Positions 27,638-41,422 of a stretch of 52,281 nt of DNA are shown here, one piece after another. The translations under genes were made by a program, and so were the position numbers. Source of the DNA: Novosphingobium sp. (GTDB lineage: Bacteria; Pseudomonadota; Alphaproteobacteria; Sphingomonadales; Sphingomonadaceae); contig JAYUCG010000008.1 in NCBI GenBank assembly GCA_043740455.1, forward strand, positions 1 through 52,281, given 5' to 3'. The notes beneath the pieces are model-generated. The model did no database searches, was not told the DNA's origin, and was given only the letters and a program-made list of their open reading frames with translations. Each line of letters opens with the position of its first letter. Position 1 is the stretch's first letter.

Positions 27638-29302
27638 GTGAGCAAGCACCAGCACAAGCCGGTCAAGGCCAAGCCGATCAGTGCCAACCCGTTGTTCCCG
27701 GCGGTTGTCGCCCTGTGGTTCGGCGCGCTGTTCGGCCTCGGCAGCCTTGCGGTCCGACCTTCGCTGCTCGAGGACCTGGTCCTCAAGAGCCACATCGACC
27801 TTATCATTCCCGCCGCCGCCCCGCCGCTCGGCGTCACCGCACGCATCCTTCTGGCGCTGATCATGGCTGCGCTTGGCGCGGTGCTGGGGATCAGCCTGGC
27901 CCGCCGTCTGGCCCGGCCCAAACCCGAACTACGCGAACGCAAGCGCGGCGCAAAAGATCTCTCCGACGAATCGCCCCGGCTGCGGCACCGTGACACGCAC
28001 CCGGATGCTCCGGCGCGCCGCCCGATCTCGGCGCATGAGGAACTGGGCGGCGAAGCTTCGCTCGACCTTGCCTCGCTGGCTTTGCCGGTCGATCAGCCTG
28101 CCGAACCTTCACCGGACTTTAGCCAGCAACCCGCCGTTGCCGCGCCTGCGCTCGACTGGACACGCCCGGCCCCGGTTGCAGTCGCGGTCGAACCAAACCC
28201 GATCACCCCCGAGGCCGCACACCTCGATGGGCGTCAGGTGTTCGGGATGGCACCGCCGCCAGCACCCAAATTCGCTCCGCGCCAGATCTTCGGGGTCCAG
28301 GCCGAAGACGATCATGTGCCCCAGGACTTCGTCAAGGCCGCCGGGTTCCAGACTTCGGTGTTCGACACACCGGAGCCAAGCCCGTTGTCCGGCCGTTCGG
28401 ATGAGGCCGCCGCCGTATCCCAGACGGAACCAGCCGCTGCCGAGCCCGATCTAGAATCGGCCGAGCCGCGGCCGAGTCCGTCAAGCCAGGGTATGACCGA
28501 CCTTGCCGCGCGGCTGGCCGTTTCGATGCGCCGCCGCCGCGAGCGTGCCCAGACTGCGCCCGCTCAGGTTGCGCCTTCTGAAGCTGCCCCCGAACCGCTG
28601 CTTGCTGTGCCGCCCATGCCTGAGCTACCGGTTTTGCCAGCTGCTTTCGCCGCGTCGCCGGAGTTCCAAAGCGCGCCTGCCGAACCCGCGCATGCCCGTT
28701 TTGCCGAGCTTGCTGCGGCAAGCCCGGTCGCCGCGCCGCAAGCGCCGCTGGAAATGCCTGCGTCAATGCGTCCGCTTGCGCTTGATGCGTTCCTTGAAGA
28801 CGGCGCCGGGCTCGATTCCAGCCTGCTCCCGCCGCGGCACATCGCCGTGCCTGCCGCGCTGCAGGAGCCGGCTCCTTTCACCGCCCCGGCTGCACAGGCC
28901 GAAGTTGCTTCGCCTGTGGGCTTAACCGATAGCGAAGCCGCGACCGAAGCAACGCCGGCCGACGACGAAGAGGACAACCCTTACGCGTCACTTCTTGGCG
29001 TTGCCCCGGTCCGCCAGGCGCACGTCCGGATCGAAGAACCCGAACGGGCCGCCGATGCCGAAATCGAACCGGTGGTAATCTTCCCGGGCCAGACCGGCCA
29101 GATGGTTCCGCTGGCTTCTCCTGCGGCCGAATTGGCCGGGGGCGAAGAGGGCGGTTTCCGCCGCTTCGATGCGCCGGGCTCGGCCGGCCAGGGACAGCCG
29201 GTTGCTACTGGCATGAATCCTTCGTTGATCCCGGCCGAAGAAGCTGGACAGGCGCTACGGGCCGCGCTCAGCAGTCTGCAGCGGATGAGCGGCGCAGCCT
29301 GA
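27638..29302 (+). CDS. Membrane-anchored Pro/Ala/Glu-rich protein of unknown function
   Basis: Two N-terminal TM helices, a basic stretch, a long low-complexity region and a C-terminal amphipathic helix (ALRAALSSLQRMSGAA). Confidence 0.75.
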   Translation: MSKHQHKPVKAKPISANPLFPAVVALWFGALFGLGSLAVRPSLLEDLVLKSHIDLIIPAAAPPLGVTARILLALIMAALGAVLGISLARRLARPKPELRERKRGAKDLSDESPRLRHRDTHPDAPARRPISAHEELGGEASLDLASLALPVDQPAEPSPDFSQQPAVAAPALDWTRPAPVAVAVEPNPITPEAAHLDGRQVFGMAPPPAPKFAPRQIFGVQAEDDHVPQDFVKAAGFQTSVFDTPEPSPLSGRSDEAAAVSQTEPAAAEPDLESAEPRPSPSSQGMTDLAARLAVSMRRRRERAQTAPAQVAPSEAAPEPLLAVPPMPELPVLPAAFAASPEFQSAPAEPAHARFAELAAASPVAAPQAPLEMPASMRPLALDAFLEDGAGLDSSLLPPRHIAVPAALQEPAPFTAPAAQAEVASPVGLTDSEAATEATPADDEEDNPYASLLGVAPVRQAHVRIEEPERAADAEIEPVVIFPGQTGQMVPLASPAAELAGGEEGGFRRFDAPGSAGQGQPVATGMNPSLIPAEEAGQALRAALSSLQRMSGAA

Positions 29303-29434
29303 TCGGTCCGCCGTATCGCCGGGGCGCAGCCAGCCCGGTTCCAGCTTGAATTGCTATTCACCGGGCAGCTTGGCGCAGCGCGGCCATGGGTCGCCCTTTT
29401 CGCAGTTGCAAAAACAGCTTCCTGTCGTCATTGG

Positions 29435-29497
29435 AATTTTCCACGCAACAAATGCCGCATGATGCGGCAGGAGGTGTAGTGGAAAATTGCCGCAATT
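29435..29497. promoter_or_regulatory. Nested palindromes upstream of gltB
   Basis: aattttccac (29435-44) and gtggaaaatt (29479-88) enclose tgccgcat-g-atgcggca (29453-69). A further palindrome aattgc-c-gcaatt lies at 29485-97. Confidence 0.5.
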
Positions 29498-29564
29498 CCG
29501 CTGGTTCGTGCCTCTGCGCCACGAATCGATCCCGGAACTGCGCCCAATTGGATGAGTGAGGACG

Positions 29565-34205
<4,641 letters not shown>

Positions 34206-34216
34206 GGGTCAGGACG

Positions 34217-35653
34217 ATGGGCAAGGAAACTGGATTTCTCGAACTCGACCGGCAGGATCGCAAATACGCTGATCCCAAGGAGCGCCTTTCGCATTACCGC
34301 GAATTCGTGATCCCGCACGACGCGCCGGCGCTGCGCGCGCAGGCCAGCCGCTGCATGGATTGCGGCATCCCGTACTGCCACAACGGCTGCCCGGTGAACA
34401 ACATCATCCCGGACTGGAACCATCTGGTCTATGAGGGTGACTGGAAGAACGCACTTGAGGTCCTCCACTCGACCAACAACTTCCCCGAATTCACTGGCCG
34501 GATCTGCCCCGCCCCGTGCGAGGCGAGCTGCACGCTCAACATCATCGACCAGCCGGTCACGATCAAATCGATCGAGAATGCGATCGTCGACAAGGGCTGG
34601 GAAGAGGGCTGGATCACGCCGCAGGCACCGGCGCGCCGCACCGGCAAGACCGTTGCGGTGGTCGGTTCGGGCCCCGCGGGCCTTGCCGCCGCCCAGCAAC
34701 TGGCGCGCGCGGGCCATTCGGTCACCGTGTTCGAGAAGAACGACCGGCTGGGCGGACTGCTCCGCTACGGCATTCCGGATTTCAAGCTAGAAAAGCACCT
34801 GATCAACCGCCGCGCGGTGCAGATGGAGGCCGAAGGCGTTCAATTCCGCACTTCGATGGAAGTTGGTGTAACCATATCGGTTGCATCGCTCAAGGAGAAC
34901 TTCGACGCCATCGTCCTGTCGGGCGGCGCCGAGGAACCGCGCCGGCTTGAAATCCCCGGCGCCGAGCTATCGGGCGTGCGGCTCGCGATGGAATTCCTCA
35001 CCCAGCAAAACAAGCGCAATGCGGGCGACGAAGAAACCCGCGCCGCACCGCGCGGATCGATCACTGCCACCGGCAAGCATGTTGTCGTGATCGGCGGCGG
35101 CGATACCGGCAGCGACTGCGTCGGCACCTCGAACCGTCAGGGCGCCGCCTCGGTCACCCAGATCGAGATTATGCCGCGTCCGCCGGAAAAGGAAGACAAG
35201 GCGCTGACCTGGCCCAACTGGCCGATGAAACTGCGCACTTCGAGCAGCCACGAAGAGGGCGTGGACCGCGACTGGGCGATCCTGACCAAGCGGGTTGCGG
35301 GCCACGACGGCAAGGTCACCGGACTCGATTGCGTCCGCGTGGAATGGCAGAACGGCCAGATGCAGGAAGTGCCGGGCAACGAATTCACGCTGCGCGCCGA
35401 CCTCATCTTCCTCGCCATGGGCTTCCTCGGGCCGCTGCAGCAAGGCTTGCTCGATCAGGCCGGGGTTGCCCTCGACGCGCGCGGCAACGTGGCCGCCAAC
35501 GTGTACGAGTATCGCACCAGCGACCCGCAGATCTTCGCCTGCGGCGACATGCGGCGAGGGCAGAGCCTGGTTGTCTGGGCAATCCGCGAAGGCCGCCAGG
35601 CCGCCCGCTCGGTCGACGAAATGCTAATGGGGGTCAGCGAACTGCCGCGCTGA
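34217..35653 (+). CDS. gltD: Glutamate synthase small subunit
   Basis: Motifs [34 protein letters not shown] and [18 protein letters not shown]. Confidence 0.98.
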   Translation: MGKETGFLELDRQDRKYADPKERLSHYREFVIPHDAPALRAQASRCMDCGIPYCHNGCPVNNIIPDWNHLVYEGDWKNALEVLHSTNNFPEFTGRICPAPCEASCTLNIIDQPVTIKSIENAIVDKGWEEGWITPQAPARRTGKTVAVVGSGPAGLAAAQQLARAGHSVTVFEKNDRLGGLLRYGIPDFKLEKHLINRRAVQMEAEGVQFRTSMEVGVTISVASLKENFDAIVLSGGAEEPRRLEIPGAELSGVRLAMEFLTQQNKRNAGDEETRAAPRGSITATGKHVVVIGGGDTGSDCVGTSNRQGAASVTQIEIMPRPPEKEDKALTWPNWPMKLRTSSSHEEGVDRDWAILTKRVAGHDGKVTGLDCVRVEWQNGQMQEVPGNEFTLRADLIFLAMGFLGPLQQGLLDQAGVALDARGNVAANVYEYRTSDPQIFACGDMRRGQSLVVWAIREGRQAARSVDEMLMGVSELPR

Positions 35654-35676
35654 AGGCAATTGCTTCGGTATAATTT

Positions 35677-35820
35677 GTTCACACGAAGACACGAAGAGCA
35701 CGAAGATGTTGCGATGGCGGCAAAGCCGCTTTTCAAATTCAACCATCCGCTGAACGCAATCGATGGATTAGAACCTGCCTGCGGCGCTTGGCGATCCCTC
35801 TTCGTGTCCTTCGTGTGAAC
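35677..35820. repeat. REP-like inverted-repeat element built from CACGAAG units
   Basis: gttcacacgaagacacgaagag (35677-98) and ctcttcgtgtccttcgtgtgaac (35798-820) form an inverted match with a single-nt indel. A third cacgaag unit lies at 35699-705. Confidence 0.7.
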
Positions 35821-35860
35821 CAAACTTCCAACATCCCATCCGTCTCGCTATGGCCAGCGA

Positions 35861-36793
35861 ATGCCCAAGATCGCCTTCCTTGCCTGCCCCGACACGCTGC
35901 CCGGATCGCCCACGCGCCGCCCTGATGCGTTCGAGCATGACTTGCTGCTCGCCGCATTGCGCGATGGGCTCGCGGGCCGCGCGGAGCTAACTGATATCGT
36001 CTGGCGCGCGCCGCTGGACGTGCTGGCCAAGTTCGACCTCGCCTATATCGGCACGCCGTGGGACTATACTGAGGCCAAGGATGAATTTCTGGCCCGGCTT
36101 GATGCGCTCGAAGCGGCAGGGGTGGTGGTCGCGAACCCGGCGGAGGTGATCCGCTGGAACGCCGACAAGCTGTACCTCAAGGAACTGGCCGCGCGCGGGG
36201 CGCCTTCGATCCCGACCTTGTGGCCCGAGGCACCGACACCCGCCGACATCCGCGCCGCCTTCGACCACTTCGGCAGCGATCGTGTGGTGGTTAAGCGCCG
36301 CGTCGGCGCGGGCGCGATCGGGCAGGACAGCTTCCGCCGCGGCGACGTGAGCATCGATGCCTGGCGGATGGATCAGCCGGCGATGATCCAGCCGTTCCTC
36401 CCCGCGATCCAGCGCGAGGGCGAGCTCAGTTTCATCTTCATCGGCGGCGCGCTCAGCCACGCATTGATCAAGCGCGCCGCGGCGGGCGATTACCGCGTCC
36501 AGTCGCTCTACGGCGGCAGCGAAGTCCCGCTCGACCCCGCCCCCGCCGACCGCGCGGCGGCCGAAGCGGTGATGGCAATGCTCCCCTTCGCGCAGCCGCC
36601 GTCTTACGCCCGGATCGACATGGTCAGGCTGGAGAGCGGCGAGCTGGCGGTGATCGAGGCGGAGTTGATCGAGCCTTACCTCTATCCAGAGCAGGGCCCG
36701 CAGTTTGGACGGAAGCTGGCGGATGCGTTACTGAGGCGATTGAATTCAGAAATGACGGCAGCGATGGGTGGTAGGCGGACGCTCAAAAATTGA
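35861..36793 (+). CDS. ATP-grasp protein (glutathione synthetase/RimK-like family)
   Basis: Motifs TPWDY, RWNADKLYL, IQPFL..EGELS, DYRVQ and YARID..EAELIEP. Confidence 0.85.
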   Translation: MPKIAFLACPDTLPGSPTRRPDAFEHDLLLAALRDGLAGRAELTDIVWRAPLDVLAKFDLAYIGTPWDYTEAKDEFLARLDALEAAGVVVANPAEVIRWNADKLYLKELAARGAPSIPTLWPEAPTPADIRAAFDHFGSDRVVVKRRVGAGAIGQDSFRRGDVSIDAWRMDQPAMIQPFLPAIQREGELSFIFIGGALSHALIKRAAAGDYRVQSLYGGSEVPLDPAPADRAAAEAVMAMLPFAQPPSYARIDMVRLESGELAVIEAELIEPYLYPEQGPQFGRKLADALLRRLNSEMTAAMGGRRTLKN

Positions 36794-37240
36794 AAACGAA
36801 CCCGCGATGATTTAGCCATCTGACTAGTGGCTGGCCTAAAATCCACAAGATGGGAGCCGCAACTAATGCCGCCCTGATTCCCCACGATCGAGAATGGCCT
36901 TTGTTATCGTCGTTCGTCCAGCCCGCTCCCAAGGGTAAGGCAGCAAGTCTTCGTACCTTTATTCCGCGCTTGGGCCTTGTGAAGATAGCGATGGCGATTG
37001 CGGCGAAGCTGATCCAAAACATCAATGCAGCGCTCGTCGACTGGAACGCTGTAAAATAGGTAATCGAGCCGTGTTCATTGTGCTCAATATGGCACCTAGC
37101 GCCTCGTTTGGCTCGCTGGGTGCGGCACCAGTCCAAATCTGCACGGCAATGAAAAAGGTGACGAAGGTGGCAATCGCACAACCGGACGCCAATCCTTCGA
37201 TCTTCGCTCGCAATTCACGATTCTGCCAGAGTTCAAACAC
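36783..37240 (-). pseudogene. Lower-GC membrane-protein gene split by an apparent 1-nt frameshift near 37090
   Basis: Joining VFELWQNRELRAKIEGLASGCAIATFVTFFIAVQIWTGAAPSEPNEALGA to IEHNEHGSITYFTAFQSTSAALMFWISFAAIAIAIF...FVFNF gives a coherent three-TM protein. The span is 458 nt (3n-1). Confidence 0.45.
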
Positions 37241-37427
37241 CGCCCGTCTATAACCGCCATTCGATTTTCCTACACGTCCGAAATTTGCGAAACAGCGCGA
37301 CGCTCTTCGAATCAATTATATTCTCGATCACCAAAGGCCGGGCACAACCGAGCCAAAGGTGACACTTTCGACCGCAAGGCAACACTTCCGTTTTTCCCTT
37401 TGGACCTTGTCCACAGTGTCCAGTCGT

Positions 37428-38117
37428 TCAACTAAGCGCCCAGTTCACTGAACCGCGCCCCTGCGCTTCAAGAAATGCATTGGCCTTACCGAAATGCCCG
37501 CTGCCGAACCAGCCGGTGTGCGCCGAGAGCGGGCTGGGGTGCGGGGCGGTGAGGATCAGGTGGTGGCTGTCCATCAGCCCCGGCACGCTTGCCGCCTTCT
37601 TGCGGGCGTGACTACCCCACAGCATGAATACGCAAGGGTCTGCCTTGGCGGCGACTGCGGCGACAATCGCGTCGGTCACTTCCTCCCACCCGTTGCCCTG
37701 ATGCGAGGCGGGCTTGCCGTCCTCGACCGTCAGCGAATTGTTGAGCAGCAGCACGCCCTGCTTGGCCCAGCTCGACAGGTTGCCATGCGCGGCGCGCGGC
37801 AAGCCGAGTTCGCGCTCAAGTTCCTTGTAGATGTTGACCAGGCTCGGCGGAACCCTGACCCCCGGCTGCACCGAGAATGACAGGCCGTGCGCCTGTCCAA
37901 ACCCATGGTACGGGTCCTGCCCGAGGATCACCACCTTGACGCTATCGAGCGGGGTTAGTTCGAGCGCCGCCAGCCGCAATCCGCGCGGTGGGTAGATCGC
38001 CTTGCCGGCAGCCTCTTCCGCGGTCAGGAAGGTGCCCAGCGCGCGCGACTTCGGGCTGGCCAGCACTGGCTCCAGCACGGCGCGCCAACTGTCCGGAACC
38101 GCATCGCCTGAACCCAA
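37428..38117 (-). CDS. ung: Uracil-DNA glycosylase (family 1)
   Basis: Motifs GQDPYH, PPSLVNI, VLLLN and HPSPLS. Likely TTG start 7 nt after GGAG. The ORF-track extension to 38792 is antisense to rnd. Confidence 0.94.
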   Translation of the reverse strand: MGSGDAVPDSWRAVLEPVLASPKSRALGTFLTAEEAAGKAIYPPRGLRLAALELTPLDSVKVVILGQDPYHGFGQAHGLSFSVQPGVRVPPSLVNIYKELERELGLPRAAHGNLSSWAKQGVLLLNNSLTVEDGKPASHQGNGWEEVTDAIVAAVAAKADPCVFMLWGSHARKKAASVPGLMDSHHLILTAPHPSPLSAHTGWFGSGHFGKANAFLEAQGRGSVNWALS

Positions 38118-38180
38118 GTTCTTTCTCCGACATTTCCGGGGCTTCCCACCCCGCGTAAGTGAGCCTAAGCACCCAGAGAT

Positions 38181-38801
38181 ATGACTGTCCATCTGCACGA
38201 AGAAGATCTGCCCGAGGGCGTGATGGGCGAAGGGCCCATCGCGGTCGATACCGAAACCATGGGGCTGATCACGCTGCGTGACCGGCTGTGCCTGGTCCAG
38301 CTGTCCGACGGGCGGGGCGATGAGCACCTCGTCCGCTTCGGCCCCGGCTCCAGCTATGACGCGCCCAACCTGAAGGCGGTGCTGGCCGATCCGGCGCGGA
38401 TCAAACTGTACCATTTCGCCCGGTTCGACCTTGCCGCGATCGAGCATTACCTGGGGGTCGAGGCTGGCCCCGTGTTCTGCACCAAGATCGCCAGCAAGCT
38501 GGTGCGGACATACACCGACCGGCATGGCCTCAAGGACCTGGTCCGCGAATTGCTCGGCAAGGAGCTGTCCAAGCAGCAGCAGTCGAGCGATTGGGGCGGG
38601 CCGGAGCTGAGCGAGGCGCAGCGCGAATATGCCGCGTCCGACGTGCGCTATCTGCATGCGATGTACGCGATCCTGACCGAGCGGTTGGCGCGCGAACACC
38701 GCACTGCCGCCGCCGAAGCCGCCTTCGCCTACCTGCCGCACCGCGCGCGGCTCGATCTGATGGGCTGGGCCGACAAAGACATTTTCAGCCACGAATCATG
38801 A
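38181..38801 (+). CDS. rnd: Ribonuclease D-like 3'-5' exonuclease
   Basis: DEDD motifs AVDTE, HFARFD, CTKIASK, QSSDW and YAASDV. Confidence 0.9.
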   Translation: MTVHLHEEDLPEGVMGEGPIAVDTETMGLITLRDRLCLVQLSDGRGDEHLVRFGPGSSYDAPNLKAVLADPARIKLYHFARFDLAAIEHYLGVEAGPVFCTKIASKLVRTYTDRHGLKDLVRELLGKELSKQQQSSDWGGPELSEAQREYAASDVRYLHAMYAILTERLAREHRTAAAEAAFAYLPHRARLDLMGWADKDIFSHES

Positions 38802-39445
38802 GCCTTGCAGCCGACCGGGTCCGCGACAAGCGCCAGCACTGGGCGGCGCCCGGCGGGTGGCACGACCGCAAGATCAAGCTGCTCGCGGTGTGGCTGCCCG
38901 GCGCGGTCGGCGTAGTGCTCGCCGCGATGATCATCGGGCCGCTGTTTGCGCGGCGCGAGATCAGCTTCCTGCTTGATCGCAACAAGGTGGCGCTGACCAC
39001 CGAACGGGTCCGCGTCGCCAATGCGATGTACCGCGGGATCGATAACGATGGCCGCCCGTTCACCCTCACTGCGGGTAACGCCGTGCAGGTCTCGATCAAA
39101 GATCCGGTGGTCAAGATGGACATGCTCGCCGCACGGCTGCGGCTGAGCGATGGACCGGCAGAACTCACCGCAGAGAACGGCGCCTACAACTACCGCGACG
39201 AAACCGTAACTGTCGCAGGGCCAGTGATCTTCACCGCCGCCGATGGATATCGCATGACGACCGACAACGTCGCGATCGACCTCAAGGGCCGCAAGGTCGG
39301 CGGCAGCGGCGGGGTCAGCGGAGCGGTTCCGGCTGGCACTTTCCGGGCGGACCGGGTAAGTGCCGACCTTGACCAGCGGATCGTCACGCTGGACGGCAAC
39401 GTGCGGATGAACATGCAACTCCAGCAACTCAGGATGCCGCGATGA
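38798..39445 (+). CDS. lptC: LptC-family periplasmic export protein
   Basis: ATGA overlap with rnd, one TM helix followed by a beta-jellyroll (YRGIDNDGRPF), and position upstream of lptA. Confidence 0.8.
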   Translation: MSLAADRVRDKRQHWAAPGGWHDRKIKLLAVWLPGAVGVVLAAMIIGPLFARREISFLLDRNKVALTTERVRVANAMYRGIDNDGRPFTLTAGNAVQVSIKDPVVKMDMLAARLRLSDGPAELTAENGAYNYRDETVTVAGPVIFTAADGYRMTTDNVAIDLKGRKVGGSGGVSGAVPAGTFRADRVSADLDQRIVTLDGNVRMNMQLQQLRMPR

Positions 39446-40029
39446 GCGATAGTTCGGTTCCCTTCCTCGGCCTGAAGCGCACCGCGCTGCGCTCACTGCT
39501 GGCAGGTTTTGCGATTGGCAGCGCCGCCTTGCTCGCGCTTGCTCCGTCGCAGGCTCAGGTTTTTGCGGGGCAGGACAGCAACGCCCCGGTTCAGGTCGCA
39601 GCCGATCACGGCGAGCTTCTGGGCAAGCAGGACCGCGCGACGCTGGCCGGCAATGTAGTAATCACCCAGGCTGGCCTGACCCTGCGCGCGGCGCGCACCA
39701 CCATCGCCTTTTCGAGCGGCGGCGGCTTCAAGATTCACCGGCTCGACGCGACCGGCGGGGTCACCGTCACCCGCGGCGACCAGAGCGCAAGCGGCGATGT
39801 GGCAATCTACGATTTTGACCGGCGGATCATCACCATGGCCGGCGGCGTGACCCTGCGCCGCGGTGCGGACCGGCTCAGCGGCGGGCGGCTGGTGATCGAT
39901 CTCGACACCGGGCTATCCAGCGTCGACGGCAATGTCGGCGGCGGATCCTCGGCGCTTGGCTCGTCAGGCAGTGCGCCGCGCGGCGGGCGCATCACCGGGA
40001 CCTTCTCCGTGCCCAAGCGCACCAACTAA
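39442..40029 (+). CDS. lptA: LptA/OstA-family protein
   Basis: Signal peptide, then APVQVAAD, GNVVITQ, ASGDVAIYD and GRITGTF. Confidence 0.85.
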   Translation: MSDSSVPFLGLKRTALRSLLAGFAIGSAALLALAPSQAQVFAGQDSNAPVQVAADHGELLGKQDRATLAGNVVITQAGLTLRAARTTIAFSSGGGFKIHRLDATGGVTVTRGDQSASGDVAIYDFDRRIITMAGGVTLRRGADRLSGGRLVIDLDTGLSSVDGNVGGGSSALGSSGSAPRGGRITGTFSVPKRTN

Positions 40030-40042
40030 ACCCGCTCGCGCC

Positions 40043-41120
40043 GTGGAAATCCGTGCCCTGCGGCGCATCCTGCTGGCCATGGTCGGGACGGGCGAAGTTC
40101 CGGGCCTCGAAAGACTCGGCACCGCCGATTAGTCGGCGCTGAACGCACTTGCCGCGCAGCACCGGCTGAAGCCGCTGCTCCACTTCCAGCACCCCAGCGA
40201 TGCGCGAATTCCGACACCGGTGCGCGCGGACTGGCACGAGGCGCACCGGCTCGCTACCCTGCAAGCGATGCTGACCCGGCATGAGCTGCGCGAATGTGCG
40301 AGGTTGCTCGAAGCGGCGGGCGCCGCGCCGATCGCGCTCAAGGGGGCCTGGCTCGGTGCCCACGCTTACCCTGCCCCGGCGCTGCGACCGATGCGCGATA
40401 TCGACCTGCTGGTGCCGCAGGATCAGGTGCTTGCCGCTTATTCTGCGCTGAAGGCCGCAGGTTATCGGGACTATGGGCCAGCCGAGATGTCGCTTGAGCA
40501 GGCGGTGCGGCTCGACAAGCATTTGCCCCCGCTGATCGCACCGCACGGGACGGTGGTGGAATTGCACCACCGGCTATCGGAGCCGGACGGTAGGCTCGAT
40601 CATGCCAGCCCGGTGCAGCAGGTGCCCGGAACCGCAAGGACCGTGCGCGACGAAAACGGGATTGCCTGTCTCGCTCCAGAAGAGACGCTCGCGCACCTGA
40701 TTGTCCATGCGGTCTACAGTCACTGGCTTGACTGCGGGCCATTGCTGCTGCCCGACATCGATTACCTGCTGCGCGCTGCGCCAGTGGATTGGCCGGCGTT
40801 CTGGCTGCGCGCCACCAGCGAAGGCTGGCGCAGCGGTGCGCGGCTGGTGCTCGAACTGGTCGCCAGCTATCGTCCCGGCGCCGGTATCGACTTTGCGGCC
40901 GATAGCGGTCCGCCGCCGCCAGCCGAACTGGTCGCGGCGGCGCCCGACCTGCTCCTGTAGGATCTTGACACTCGGCGCAGCGCGGGGCTGGCCGCAGCCG
41001 CCATCAAGTCCGGCCCGGCGCGGCTGTTCCAGCGGCTACGCGGACGGCGCGACGTGCATGGCGAAGCCGAGGTTACGCGCGCGATGGAGCACGAAGGCGG
41101 GATGATCGGGTGGGCCGGTG
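40043..41120 (+). pseudogene. Nucleotidyltransferase-family (NTP_transf_5-like) pseudogene with two in-frame TAG stops and a disrupted 3' end
   Basis: ALKG, RPMRDIDLLV and VELHH motifs. TAG codons at 40130-32 and 40958-60 lie in the same frame, with coding-like sequence on both sides. Confidence 0.78.
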
Positions 41121-41216
41121 CAGCGCGACAGGTTCGGCAAGGCGGCGGCAGAGCGCGCTGTGCAGCACTGGTCAAAGCCAGCCATTATCGCCGCAGCACT
41201 CGAACAGCTGGGCTGA
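41115..41216 (+). pseudogene. Possible 3' remnant of a GT4 glycosyltransferase gene
   Basis: The frame reads PVQRDRFGKAAAERAVQHWSKPAIIAAALEQLG*, resembling the GT-B C-terminal helix. Its stop abuts the convergent gene's stop. Confidence 0.4.
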
Positions 41217-41399
41217 TCAGTTCTTCGCCCAGGGCGACTTGTTGGCGGCGCTGGCCTGCGCCGTCTGGGCTTCTTGTTTTTGGGTCTGTTCGGCTGAGGG
41301 CACCGTGCAATAGGCAGTGAGCATGATACCAAGCCCCCAGGTCACCGCTTTCCAGCGGCTGGAGAAAACCTGCGACATCTTGGTGCCAAAACCGAACAT
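41217..41399 (-). CDS. Small (60 aa) single-TM hypothetical protein
   Basis: MFGFGTKMSQVFSSRWKAVTWGLGIMLTAYCTVP...SPWAKN, immediately downstream of mutS on the same strand. Confidence 0.6.
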   Translation of the reverse strand: MFGFGTKMSQVFSSRWKAVTWGLGIMLTAYCTVPSAEQTQKQEAQTAQASAANKSPWAKN

Positions 41400-41422
41400 G
41401 CGCCAAGCATAACCCGGCAAAG

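Noticed and set aside
35677-35820. CRISPR array
   Set aside because: The repeats are short and inverted, there is no regular repeat-spacer periodicity and there are no cas genes.
37355-37425. Short ACACTT and GTCCA repeats downstream of ung
   Set aside because: They are too short and irregular to distinguish from chance without a genome-wide search.
38118-38792. Apparent 225-aa N-terminal extension of Ung (fusion)
   Set aside because: It is the antisense of rnd, and a TTG start with an RBS exists at 38117.
40130-40960. Genome-wide TAG reassignment or pyrrolysine
   Set aside because: TAG ends intact conserved genes here (metH 5570-72, SPFH 10435-37), the two stops appear to replace different residues, and no pyl genes are present in the window.
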